Of a stretch of 64,000 nucleotides of DNA, positions 37,521 to 48,384 are shown piece by piece (the first letter of the stretch is position 1; the number at the start of each line of letters is the position of its first letter). The DNA lies in the NCBI RefSeq assembly GCF_006345805.1, contig NC_043015.1, positions 17,608,001 through 17,672,000 on the forward strand, written 5' to 3'. The notes under the pieces are model-generated. The model saw only the letters and a program-made list of their open reading frames with translations, ran no database searches and was not told the DNA's origin. The DNA is from Octopus sinensis (taxonomy: Eukaryota). A program made the translations under genes and the position numbers.

Positions 37521-38063
37521 GGCCCGCGCGCAAAATTTGTTCCTACGCGAGTTCCGGACCCCAGTAATGAACTCATTTGCATACAGCCGATCAGAGTTCA
37601 CCTTGACCATGTTGTCAAGCTAAAAAATACACTCTACCAAGTAAACTCAAGACGAAGAACGGTGATGTAAGTCGACCGATCGCCAAGTTATGCCTGATTT
37701 TAGAAGGGGGACAAGTAATTAGATATATTTGCACCTATACCTATTATTGGATTTTGTTAGGGTCCTATATGGTAAAGATGCGGATGGGAAAAATGTGGGT
37801 AGAGGGTGAAGTGCTAGCAACCCTCTCTCCTTACTGTTTTAACAAGTAAATAACAGCACAAATAAATACGCAGAGGCAGTCATCGTTGAAATACGAACAA
37901 GAACAACAAGCATTATTAAAAGAGAAAAGAAGCTAAGGAGCCAAGTGACCTTTTCTTATGACTCATCACTTGTTATACGCTCATAAATTTATTTGATATC
38001 TGAGCTCTGATTGGCTGTATGAGGGTCCGGAACTCTCGTCGGATAAAAAAAATTTCGCGGCCC
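37521..38063. mobile_element. MITE-like insertion in the Penelope-like endonuclease
   Basis: Imperfect TIRs (GAGTTCCGGACCC/GGGTCCGGAACTC and CATACAGCCGATCAGAG/CTCTGATTGGCTGTATG). GGCCC is duplicated, and removing 538 bp restores the frame. Confidence 0.7.
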
Positions 38064-38726
38064 ACACGTCATAATGATAACAGCGCCGGTGGCAACATCC
38101 TCAGGCCCGGAGCCAACCAGTAATGTGAATGCAGCTAACACCCAAGCCTGGAAATACATCGGATTAGACAGTACGACATTTAAACGACGCTTATACAATT
38201 TCACTTTCAGAAAATCGATTCGTCACCTCCTTGGACAGCCATGTGTGACATCTCAAAGATCAAGGGATCCCATACGATATCAAGTGGAAGAGCTAAGAAC
38301 GGTGAGGCCCCTACACCAACGAGAGCTGACGCTGCAAGCTCTGCATGGCTGAGTGAGCAAAGATAGTTAAAACTTCCGACATCTGGGTCGCAGAATACTC
38401 GCCAAGAAATCTTCACACCATGCATCCATTTGAGGCGCTACCATTGCAAACATAGGATTTCCCATTCGCTGATTAAGCTCAGAAGAGTCCTTACGTTCCA
38501 TAAGCAGGCCAAGTGATAGACCCCTTATTCCCCTCTCCAAATAGCTGGTCTAGGGGAAATAATCCGTCCTCATTTTCACCGGACTTTTTATTCTCTGATG
38601 ACCATATGATTATTGACCGTAATAATTTCCTACCTCCAAGAAGTGAACTTGTCTTCGGACTAGAGTTTGATTAGTTGTCCATTGGTTACTCTATGATCAG
38701 ACATTAACTTTATTACTTCAATATAT

Positions 38727-39450
38727 ATACATGGTGCGATTGGTAAATTGTCTCCATTTTATAATTATTATTTCGTGCATGTGCATTGTTTATTTTTGAT
38801 TTTGTCGACTACACAGTATAGTAGGATCAGTTGGGTACCGTCTGTGAGAAAAACAGCACCATGATGCCATTCACTCTGCCATAAATTTGGAAACAACATG
38901 CTGTACTGCTTGGCATTCGTGCCGGAAGCTCCAATACGAACATTGCAGAGTATGTGGGTGTCATCTGAGAACAGTGCAGAGGATTCGGAAAGATTTGGAT
39001 GAGTCTAATGGTGAATACGAAGGTATGACAGCTCGGAAAACTCACTGTGATCGTCCTGATAAGAAAAGAACTCTTGAATTTGTTGGTGAGATCTAGGCCA
39101 TGATTGACAACGATCCCTCTCAGTCAATCAGGTCCATCGGCAGGGACATGAGTTTCTTATCAGGCAAGTAATGCATGAAGACATTCGGTATTCTCCAATT
39201 TTTAACCCAAGTCATCAAGGACAAGAGGAAAGACCGCACTACGAAGCTTTTGAATAAACTCAAGCATCTCCTCCAACTGAGCATGCTTTGGTTTTTCTCA
39301 GACGCGAAAAATTTCTGCTAGGATCATATGGTGAACACAGTAAACAACCATTAGCTTGCCGCATCCCTAAAACATGTACCGACAGTGATAAAAATGAAAC
39401 ATGCAATGAACATCATGGTGTTTGGAGTGATCACTAGTGATGGTGACGTT
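38727..39450 (+). mobile_element. Tc1/mariner-superfamily transposase fragment
   Basis: HAVLLGIRAGSSN.., DPSQSIRSI, KLLNKLKH..MLWFFSD and IMVFGVITSDGDV pieces in broken frames. Confidence 0.7.
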
Positions 39451-39459
39451 AGGCTAGAC

Positions 39460-39745
39460 GTTTCTTAATGGCACTCCGTCGGTTACAAAGTTCGGATGAG
39501 AGTTCCAGTTGATCTGATCAACGGAACAGCCTGCTCGTGCATGTGGTTGAACACTCCATAGACACGTGTACCCCTAGTGTAATTCTCAGGAAGATTCAGC
39601 GTGACACAAATTGTGACGAGGTTGGTCCTTTGAAATACAGGTACAACTCATTTTTGCCAACTGAGTGGACTGAAGCAACGTGAAATAAAGTCTCTTGCTC
39701 AAGGACAAAACGCATCGCTGGGAATCGAACTCACGGCCATACAAT
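39460..39745 (-). mobile_element. SINE family B copy
   Basis: The minus strand has GAGTTCGATTCCCAGCGATGCGTTTTGTCCTTGAGCAAGAGACTTTATTTCACG and a tail ..GTAACCGACGGAGTGCCA. Confidence 0.7.
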
Positions 39746-39749
39746 CATG

Positions 39750-39872
39750 AATGTATGTATGTATGTATGTATGTATGTATGTATGTATGTATGTATGTAT
39801 GTATGTATGTATGTATGTATGTATGTATGTATGTATGTATGTATGTATGTATGTATGTATGTATGTATGTAT
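39750..39872. repeat. (GTAT)n microsatellite
   Basis: About 30 uninterrupted units. Confidence 0.95.
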
Positions 39873-39876
39873 ATAT

Positions 39877-40031
39877 AAAACTTGGAAAGGACGCGTGGCG
39901 TTCGATCATATAATAATATAAATAATATATAAATATATGCATATATACATACATATATGTACATATCTACATATATATGTATATATACATGCATATATAT
40001 ACTTATATATATGTAGATATGTACATATATG

Positions 40032-40092
<61 letters not shown>

Positions 40093-41765
40093 CGAATGGT
40101 AGTAAATAATATTACTACCCTTCTTGTTTATATTCGCATATATATATATACACACTTAGCGGTATGTGTATATATATATATATATACACTTAGCGGTTCG
40201 GCAAGAGAGGCCGATAGAATAAGTACTGGGCTTACAAAGAATAAGTCTCGGGGTCGAGTTTCTCGATTAAAGGCGGTGCTCCAGCATGGCCGCAGTCAAA
40301 TGACTGAAACAAGTAAAAGAGTAAAAGAGTATATATTTATATATTATCTATATTATTATATGGTCGAAAGCCACGCATCCGTTTACAACTAAGTTTTATC
40401 TTAATAATTACGATGCGCACTCTTCTATCTCTACTGCCTCTTCTCTGTCTATCTCTCTCCCTCTCTTGTTCTTCACCCTTTCTGGTTTTCTCTCCCACCC
40501 TTCCCTATTCTTCTCCTCTCCTCTTCGCCGTTCCATCTCTCTCAATCTTCCTCCTTGACTCTCTCGTCGCTACATGTAACGAAAGAGAATCTATCTTTCA
40601 GTCCATTTCCTCCCTAAAGACAAGACGAGCTTATACCTGTCTCCTCTCATAGCTCGTCTTCCTAGCATTCATAATAATTTTTCTATCGTCTTGGCTCAAC
40701 AGCCCTCACCGTTTATTTTTACTGTCCTGTTCTTGTTACCACTTTCACCCTCCGCAAAAAAATCCCAAATTATAATTAATTTGCTTTGCGGGAAGGACTG
40801 TTTCTACGAAGTCATGTATTGTCCTTATCTTCGAAACGCGGAGTAGATGAAACAGGGACAACTGATGAAGGGGAATATTCTTTATGTTGCATGTCTCGTT
40901 TCTCTGTTTTTTTCGTTGTTCGAAAAAAAAGTTCGTTTTCTGTTTTTGTTTTTGTTTTCGTTTCTCATTGTGTTCAATGTTTTTTTCTTTGATGTCCTGT
41001 ACCCATATATGCATGTATATATACATATATATATACATATATATGTAGGTATGTTCATATATGTATGTATATATGCATATATTTATATATTATTTGTATT
41101 ATTATATGATCGAACGCCACGCATCCTTTTCCAAGTAAGTTTTATCTTAATAATTACGATGCGCACTCCTCTACCCCTACTATCTCTTCTCTGTCTCTCT
41201 TGTTCTTCACCTTTTCTGGGTTTCTCTCCCAAACTTCCCTATTCTTCTCCTCTCCTCTTCACCTTTCCCTCTCTCTCACTCTTCCTGCTTGACTCTCTCG
41301 TCGCTGACACGTGACGAAAGGGAATCTATCTTTCTGTCCATTTCCTTCCTTAAGACGAGACGAGCTTATACCTGTCTCCTCTCATAACTCGTCCTCCTAG
41401 CGTTCATGAAAGTGTTTCTATCGTCTTGGCTTAACAGCCCTCACCGTTTTTTTTCCTGTCTTGTTCTCACTGTCCTGTTCTTGTTACCAATTTCACCCTC
41501 CGCAAAAAAATCCCAAATTTTATTTAATTTGCTTTGCGGGAAGGATTGTTTCAACGAAGTCGCGTATTATCCTTATCTTCGAAACGTGAAGTAGATGAAA
41601 CAGGGACAACTTATGAAGGGGAATATTCTTTATGTTACATGTCTCGTTTCTCTGTTTATTTTCGTTGTTCGAAAAAAATGTTCGTTTTCTATGTTTTTGT
41701 TTTTATGTTTTCGTTTCTCGTTGTGTTCAACGATTCTTTGATATCCTGTACCCATATATGCATGC

Positions 41766-41821
<56 letters not shown>

Positions 41822-41880
41822 TATATATAGGTATGTACATATATATGTATATATGCATATATTTATATATTATTCATATT
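39877..41880. repeat. Tandem pair of ~746-bp units plus an inverted partial copy
   Basis: GATGCGCACT occurs at 40412 and 41158. 39877-40020 is the reverse complement of the unit junction at about 41010-41140. A SINE tail lies at about 40180-40330. Confidence 0.8.
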
Positions 41881-42034
41881 GCTATATATATATATATATA
41901 TATAATTTAGAGACAGACCGCTATTTAGTTATTCCATCAATAGTGAAAAGATATTATCTATAATAACCACATAGAAATTAATTAAATATCTTATAATTAT
42001 TAATCTAAAAATTCATAACAAATCAAACATTAAA

Positions 42035-42150
42035 TTGACTACGCGCGTTTCTTGACTAAATATATAAATCAATAATATTAAAATTTAATCTAAAAAATTA
42101 AAATTCAATAGTAATACAATTTTAAAATATTTAGCCACTCTTCAGGTCAA
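42035..42150 (-). ncRNA. Type I hammerhead ribozyme with greatly extended helix II
   Basis: Minus strand TTGAC-CTGAAGA-GTGGCTAAATAT..ATATTTAGTCAA-GAAA-CGCGCG-TA-GTCAA. Canonical core, palindromic helix III, 5-bp helix I; the closing pair of helix II is G-A. Confidence 0.7.
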
Positions 42151-42292
42151 AAAAATAACATAAATAAATTTAGATACTATAAATAAAACAATAAATATAA
42201 GTATATTAACAGTAAATAATTCGATAAAATTTAACAATATTAATGTAAAGCAAAAACATGACTTATCTTATTGATGAAAACCCAGTTAAAAA

Positions 42293-45200
42293 GAGCTTTT
42301 TACAGTAACATTCAGTTGGTCGTTCGGTGAACGGGTTTCAATCAGAGCCGTTCTGCATTGAGCGCTCGCTCTTCCCAGGGTACCCTCTCTCCTCTCCTCC
42401 TGTACGTTATGGCTCTTGAACCATTACTGCAGAAAATGGAGGCTCTGAGACGCATCCCGCCTGATCTGGAGTGCAGGAAGACAGTGACAACATACGCAGA
42501 CATCACCATCATCGTAGCCAATGAAAACCATCTACAAGTAGGTGGTACCATAAAGGATTAAGAAGTGGTGACACGAGCAAAAATAAACCAGGGTAAGTTA
42601 GTCGGCCTGCAGCTCGGCACCTGCAGAGGCAGGCTGATGTGATGACGTCCCAGATGATTTTTTGGCCAGGGATCTTTTGGTAGTTATTCATAAGCCCGGC
42701 TCGAAAGTTCCCCGGAACAGACCAGCAAATTGACCGTCATCGAAACCCAGGGTCTCCTAACTGGACGTCATCACACTTGCCCGCTACTAACCCTCTATAG
42801 AAGGACGAGGTGATGGTGATGTCTGCGTATGTTGTCACTGTCTTCCTGCACTCCAGATCAGGCGGGATGCGTCTCAGAGCCTCCATTTTCTGCAGTAATG
42901 GTTCAAGAGCCATAACGTACAGGAGGAGAGGAGAGAGGGTACCCTGGGCAGAGCGAGCGCTCAATGCAGAAAGGCTCTGATTGAAACCCGTTCACCGAAC
43001 GACCGACTGAATGTTACTGTAAAAAGCGGTGATCTAACCGCAAAGCTCCGGATCAAACCCGGCCGCCTCGAGAACTACCGCCAGATACCGATGGTAAACT
43101 CTATTGAAAGCCTTAGACTGATCTAAATGGATCAGAGCCCTTCCTGTGCAGGAATTCTAGCCACCCTCTCTATGGTGTAGCGTATGAGGTGGTGATTGTT
43201 GTGTATTGTTCTGCTTGGGATGACGCAGGTTTGCGCCTCCTCAACCTGTTCACTCATGACCCGCGCCAACCTCTTCGCTGGCACCTTAGCCAAAATCTTC
43301 AGCTCTGCATTGAGCAGAGTGATGGGTCTGAAATTATCATATAGTCCCCCCCCCCTTATTTGGATCCTTTCAAAGCCGCACCACGAACCCCACGCCGGCT
43401 TACAGAACTGGGAATGCTCCCATTCTGTAGCCAGTTGGCGTAAATGCTTGCCAGTAGGTGTCGAAACAAGTCTGGCATGTTGTAATAAAATTCGTAGGGC
43501 AGACCATCTAGCCCCGACGACCTGTCCCCGACGCGGCCCGATAGGGCTTCTACCTCCGCAGCTGTGACCGGCCCTTCACAGCACTACGCTTCCTGCCTCG
43601 AGAGTCGCGGCAAAACGGCGAGGAAGCCTGTGAAGTCCATCCTGCGCCCTGGCTTACCACTCATCCCAAACTGCTGGGCGAAATGCGGGTTCGTTTATTG
43701 TTTGCCTCTGTTGATTGTCCAAAGATCTAATGGTAGCATCGTTTCCACGTTGAGCCTCTACCACACGGGCTCATCGAGAGGTGTTGCTTCCCTCTTGTTC
43801 CATTGCACGTATTTTAAACCTGACAATGCATCCTTCATGTTTGGCATTGAGGTGTTGGTCTAGAACCAACCTCGCTGACAGCACATTGGATGCACTGCCT
43901 GCCTTCATCGCTTCTTCTAGAGACCTAACTAATTCCCTTTCTACTCTATTTTTCTTAAGAACTAATTCTTTGCTAAATCTATTTGACTCAAATTTTATGG
44001 GTTTTTTGAGGGAGTACCAGTTGTTATTTAAGATGGTGCCTGTTAACGCCCTCTTAACTAACTCCCTAATCCGGTTACTGTAAACGTTACAGGTTAGGAG
44101 CGATTTGTTTAATCTCCAGTAACTGGGGCCCTGTCTAGGAAAGCTATTTAAGTCGAGCCTACAAGTCACGAATTTGTGATTGGTGCAGGTGACAATACTA
44201 AAGACTATTTTCATCAACAACTCTAATAAATACCCTATATAGTTAAGACCTGGAAGATCCGTCGCTATTAGCCCATGTCCACGCTGGAGCGTTCAATTAA
44301 TCCAGTCTATATCTGTCAGCCAGCTAGAAGCGGCTGAGCAGATTTGTGAGGAAGGGTTCCCCTTTCTATTGGAATTTGAACCAACATAATCTACACGCGC
44401 ATCTAAGATAGTGCTAAAGTCACCTGTTATGACTAAAGTATGTGAACTTCCCAGGAAATTCTCTATGCGTCTGAAATAGTCAGACTGTCCGGTTGCACGT
44501 GGTGCATAGACAGCTGCCAGTCTGAAGGTACTACTGCTGCTATGCGTCACGTCAATGACGATCAGTCTGTCCTCCGGGTCCATAAAGATTGTTCTAATCT
44601 CTAAATCCAAATCTTTCCTGAATAAGACTGACATGGAGAGTTGTATTTGTTGTAGCCATTGAGGAAGGGCGAGAAAGCTCGCTGTCCATTCAGTTTTGTT
44701 TCGCCAGTGACTACGACATCCAGGTTCCGTGACCTGAGATCATTTAAGAAGCGACCTTGCTTACAGTTCGATCCCAGGCCACGCACATTTATGCTGCCAA
44801 GCTTGAGCGAGAACATGATAAATTGGACTTACGTACGATTTTAATCGTTGAGGAGAGGTGATGGTAAACCTTCCTCTTCCGTAATATCTTGTGAGGTACT
44901 CCCCATGAATTTAGTATGTAAATAGCCGGCGAAATGTTTTTTTGTGGGGGGGGGGGCAATGTCATCCGGGTAGTTATCTTTTTTAGTTCTATATATGATA
45001 TATTGTCGATATTGTTGAATGAAATGTTTGGATTTGGTGGAGCTGTATGAGGGGTGATATGTGGGTACGTGTGAGTACCATTAAGTATTGATCACTGTGA
45101 TGTTGATGACTGTGTTTGCGGATAATGGGTTGGGTGTTTGGGATTTGAGTGTAGTGGGTGAGGGTCATGCGGGGGATGTGGTTTTTTCTTTTACGTCTTT

Positions 45201-46880
45201 TTTTATTACTGTCCATTCATTTCGGTTGGCTTCACTCTTTTGTGCGTCTCTTTTTGGCTCTTTCGCTTCCGGTGTGGGTTTTTTCAGCGTTGTGTTGGAT
45301 GGCGTCTTTTTGTCTTCTTTTGGAATTTCAATTTATGTGGGGTTGTTGGGTGAAGGGAGCACCGTTTGTTGTTGGTCTTGTGGGCAATCGGTTCTTATAT
45401 GACCCTTTTGCCCACATTTATAACATCGTAGTTTTCTTCCCTCCACCATTTCTCTTAGTGCAGTTTCGTCAGGTAAAATTATCTTGTCTGGTAGAACTTC
45501 GAGGTCTTTTGGGGTGGTCTGAATTATTGGTTCCCGACCCTGGCCCCACCAGCTCTGTTGGTGCAGCTTGGTAGCTTGGGGGATAGAAATTCTATCCTCC
45601 ATGTTCAGCAAAACGGTTGCTACCAGCCACACCACGTCGATTTCTTGTAGGATCTCCCCTATTCTGATTGTCGAAGTTCGCTTTCTGGGGTAAGTTGGCA
45701 GTAACACTAGTTCTGCCGATTTAAGGGGTGTTGCGGAGTAGTTTTTCGCGTCTTCCTCGGAGTCTAACCTCACCTCAACTGTGCCGTAACGTTTGCTTCT
45801 TGCTATGTATTTAGTTTCCTGCCAGATGGGTTGGAGGCATTTCTATAGCCTTTTTGGGTACCATTTCAATCTTTTTGGTCTTCAGTGATAGTGTTTTATA
45901 TATGGCTGTCCTTCGTTGAGTGGTTAGTATTACATCTTCTGGGGGAGTTAGCTTAATGTTAGTGCCCTCTTTTAATAATAGGCTTTAGTTCGCTCGGGTT
46001 TACTTGTATTTTTTCCATGTTGACTGACTACGGAAGCGAAGTTGATTTTTTCGTTAACTTGTGATTTGGTTGGTAAGTTTTTCATTAATGGCAGATTTTC
46101 CTTCTCCCTTCTTTCGTGGCTTGGGATGGAGGGGAACATGTTGTGCAAATTTTTTAACACGTTTGTTTGGTTTTCATTTTCGTGGGCGGGATCTTTTCGG
46201 TTTGAACGGCAGTTTTTCTAGCGGTGTCATATGAAATTGTCCCCCATAATTATGACCCTAGTATCGATCTATTGCATTTCAATCTGTTTTAGGGTTAGGG
46301 TTACTTAGGGTTAGTTAGGGTTAGGGTTAGGGTTAGGGATGGGGGAAGGGTATCCTTTTTCTTCAGAAATGTAAATAAACCCAATCTATTTCTTAAACGA
46401 GGGACATATTCACACGGCACAGAATGTTTTCACCTCAATAGACGTCATTGATTGGTTGAAATTGAAGAAATTGAAGAAAAAAACAACAAATATCTTACAA
46501 ACCATAGAATTTTCTCAATAAAGCCAAGAGAAAAGGATGTTTTATAAACACATTCTACCAGTATACGAAGTTTAAAAGTGTTTAGTTACGTGGAAATTAT
46601 TTTTAAAAACTGCCGGTCAAACCGAAAAAATCCCGTGGGCGTTTTCGTTGGTATTGGTTTCCATGTTTTTTGCATGTATAAATAATTTTACACAAAAATG
46701 AAAATAATAAAAATAATTCGCTTCTAGATAGGGGGAATTCACAAAAAACAACTCTGACAATAGCAGGTCATGTGTCGAAAAGACACAATAAACAAAATGG
46801 TAACAGGCACTGGTAATAACAAGCAAAAAGGCAAACCTACAATTAACTCGCAGCAGCAAAACGTTCGTCCGTTCAGTAAA
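42293..46880 (-). mobile_element. Tx1/L1-like LINE copy A (5' UTR, ORF1, partial ORF2), decayed and rearranged at the 3' end
   Basis: ORF1 starts METNTNENAH at 46664 and has the knuckle CYKCGQKGHIRTDC. ORF2 has the APE motifs LGSINVRGL, VTGETKL and AAVYAP, and RT pieces LDQSKAF and SPLLYVMALEPLL. Confidence 0.85.
46188..46634. mobile_element. MITE, 447 bp, GGGAT TIRs, 6-bp TSD, internal (TTAGGG)n
   Basis: TIR GGGATCTTTTCGGTTTGAACGGCAGTTTTT / AAAAACTGCCGGTCAAACCGAAAAAATCCC. GTGGGC at 46182-46187 and 46635-46640; excision restores Tx1 ORF1. Confidence 0.9.
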
Positions 46881-48380
46881 AAGCACATTTTTTATTTGCC
46901 ATAAAAGGTTAAATGAAGAGGGGACAATACAGGACAGACAAACATAGGTCACATAAAGAATATAAGGGCAAAAATTAGATGGAAGATGATGGATAATGAG
47001 TACGGAGAATAAGATGAAGTTAGGGGTGTGGGGACCCCACAAGCCACTACCTTCACTGGACTTTTTGGAAGCCTGGGTGTTCATGCTCAAGTTGGTTCGT
47101 TCATTCACATCAGGCGCGCCACTTCCATCCATCTTGCTGCAAATTTACACGGTGGCAAGGTTTTCTCACCAGCCTTATTTTTCTTTTTAATTGGAATTTT
47201 AAATGATTTATTTACCAAGGCTGAAGAGAAAGATGCCGGTTGCGATTCCGTCAACATGTATCATCCATATGACCTCCTTCGCTATAACCACAAAGCAGAG
47301 AAAAGTGGCCTGGCTTTCCTTGCTGAGAAAAGACGGTGGAACAATCTTGATAATGGACTCAGTTGACAGCTGTACTCTTCCTGTGCGTGACAGCAGGTGT
47401 TCGACATAAACCCATAGCTCTGATATCCTCGGGCAATGCACGATCGTGTGACGAACAGTTTCACTGCTCTGCTCGCTTCTCAGGCATGTCGGCGTGGTGA
47501 AACTACCTTATCTGGGGAGTTTATCTCGAACGGGTACTGCTCCTCGGTAGCACAATCAGGCCAGGGATTTCTGGTAGTTGTCCATAAGCCCCGGCTCGAA
47601 AGTCCTCCTGAACAGGCTGGCAAGTTGACCGTCATTGAAACCCAGAGTCTTCCCTATGACGTCATCACACTTGCCCGCTACTAACCTTTTACAGAAGGAC
47701 GAGGTGGATCTCCTGCCGCTCACGTTGCTCATATGGGAGAGAAGCAAGAGAGCTTGACGGCACTCCGCTTGCCAAGCACCCAACCTACGTCTACGCCTGA
47801 TCCGCGGGTTCAGATGACTAAAGGAGGTGAACTGTGGAAAAACAAGTTCAACGAACGGTGACCACACCTGCAGGCCGTCTAGGTAGAGCCAGAGATGTCT
47901 CAGCCTCAGCGCATACCTGCCCATTCTTAGCCAAGGCATCGCATCCCCAGCCCCCTATTTAGTGGGAGTTGACAGCAGATAGAGTGCCTGACCAGCAGTT
48001 TCCTGTCACTCCACAAAAAGCAGAAGATCAGGCGTTCCATCTTGAGCAGCCAGGAGTATGAGCACGGCACGATGGTTAGGCAGTAGATGATGACGGATGG
48101 GATAAACACATTTGCAAGGCACGACGGTTAGGCGGTTAGTGATGACAGATGCAATAAACATTCATCACCTCCGCCATCCCTTTCAAGGATAGCTTTTTCT
48201 CAGCCCATTTCTGGGTGAGATTAGCTACTCTACTCGTAACCTCGCCCCAGTTTCTACCTATCAGGAGATCTGGTTCAAACAAAACCCCTGGCAATTTCAC
48301 CGGTCCGTCCGAGTCCCACGACGTTGCTGGGCGGCATCGGCCTGCATCTCCAGGTGCCGAGTAGCAGGCCGACTGACTTA
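46880..48380 (-). mobile_element. Tx1/L1-like LINE copy B1 (3' portion with UTR)
   Basis: LRLRHLWLYLDG..WSPFV, CPRISELWVYVEHLL (C-terminal cysteine region) and an AATAAAAAA end near 46885-46895 on minus. Confidence 0.75.
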
Positions 48381-48384
48381 TCAT

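Larger units (their letters stand above)
35335..38725 (+). mobile_element. Near full-length Penelope-like element with an inverted 5' pLTR copy, frameshifted
   Basis: YSPKNIPTPS, FITIKDHKPNF..LINPTKSEIG, FDTVDFYPSI, MGAYDCADICDLIG, LYKDDAL, CSCRVYNDCPVGGQC, VIYEAV and KYIGLDSTTFKRR. 35335-35480 is the reverse complement of about 38605-38725. Confidence 0.85.
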
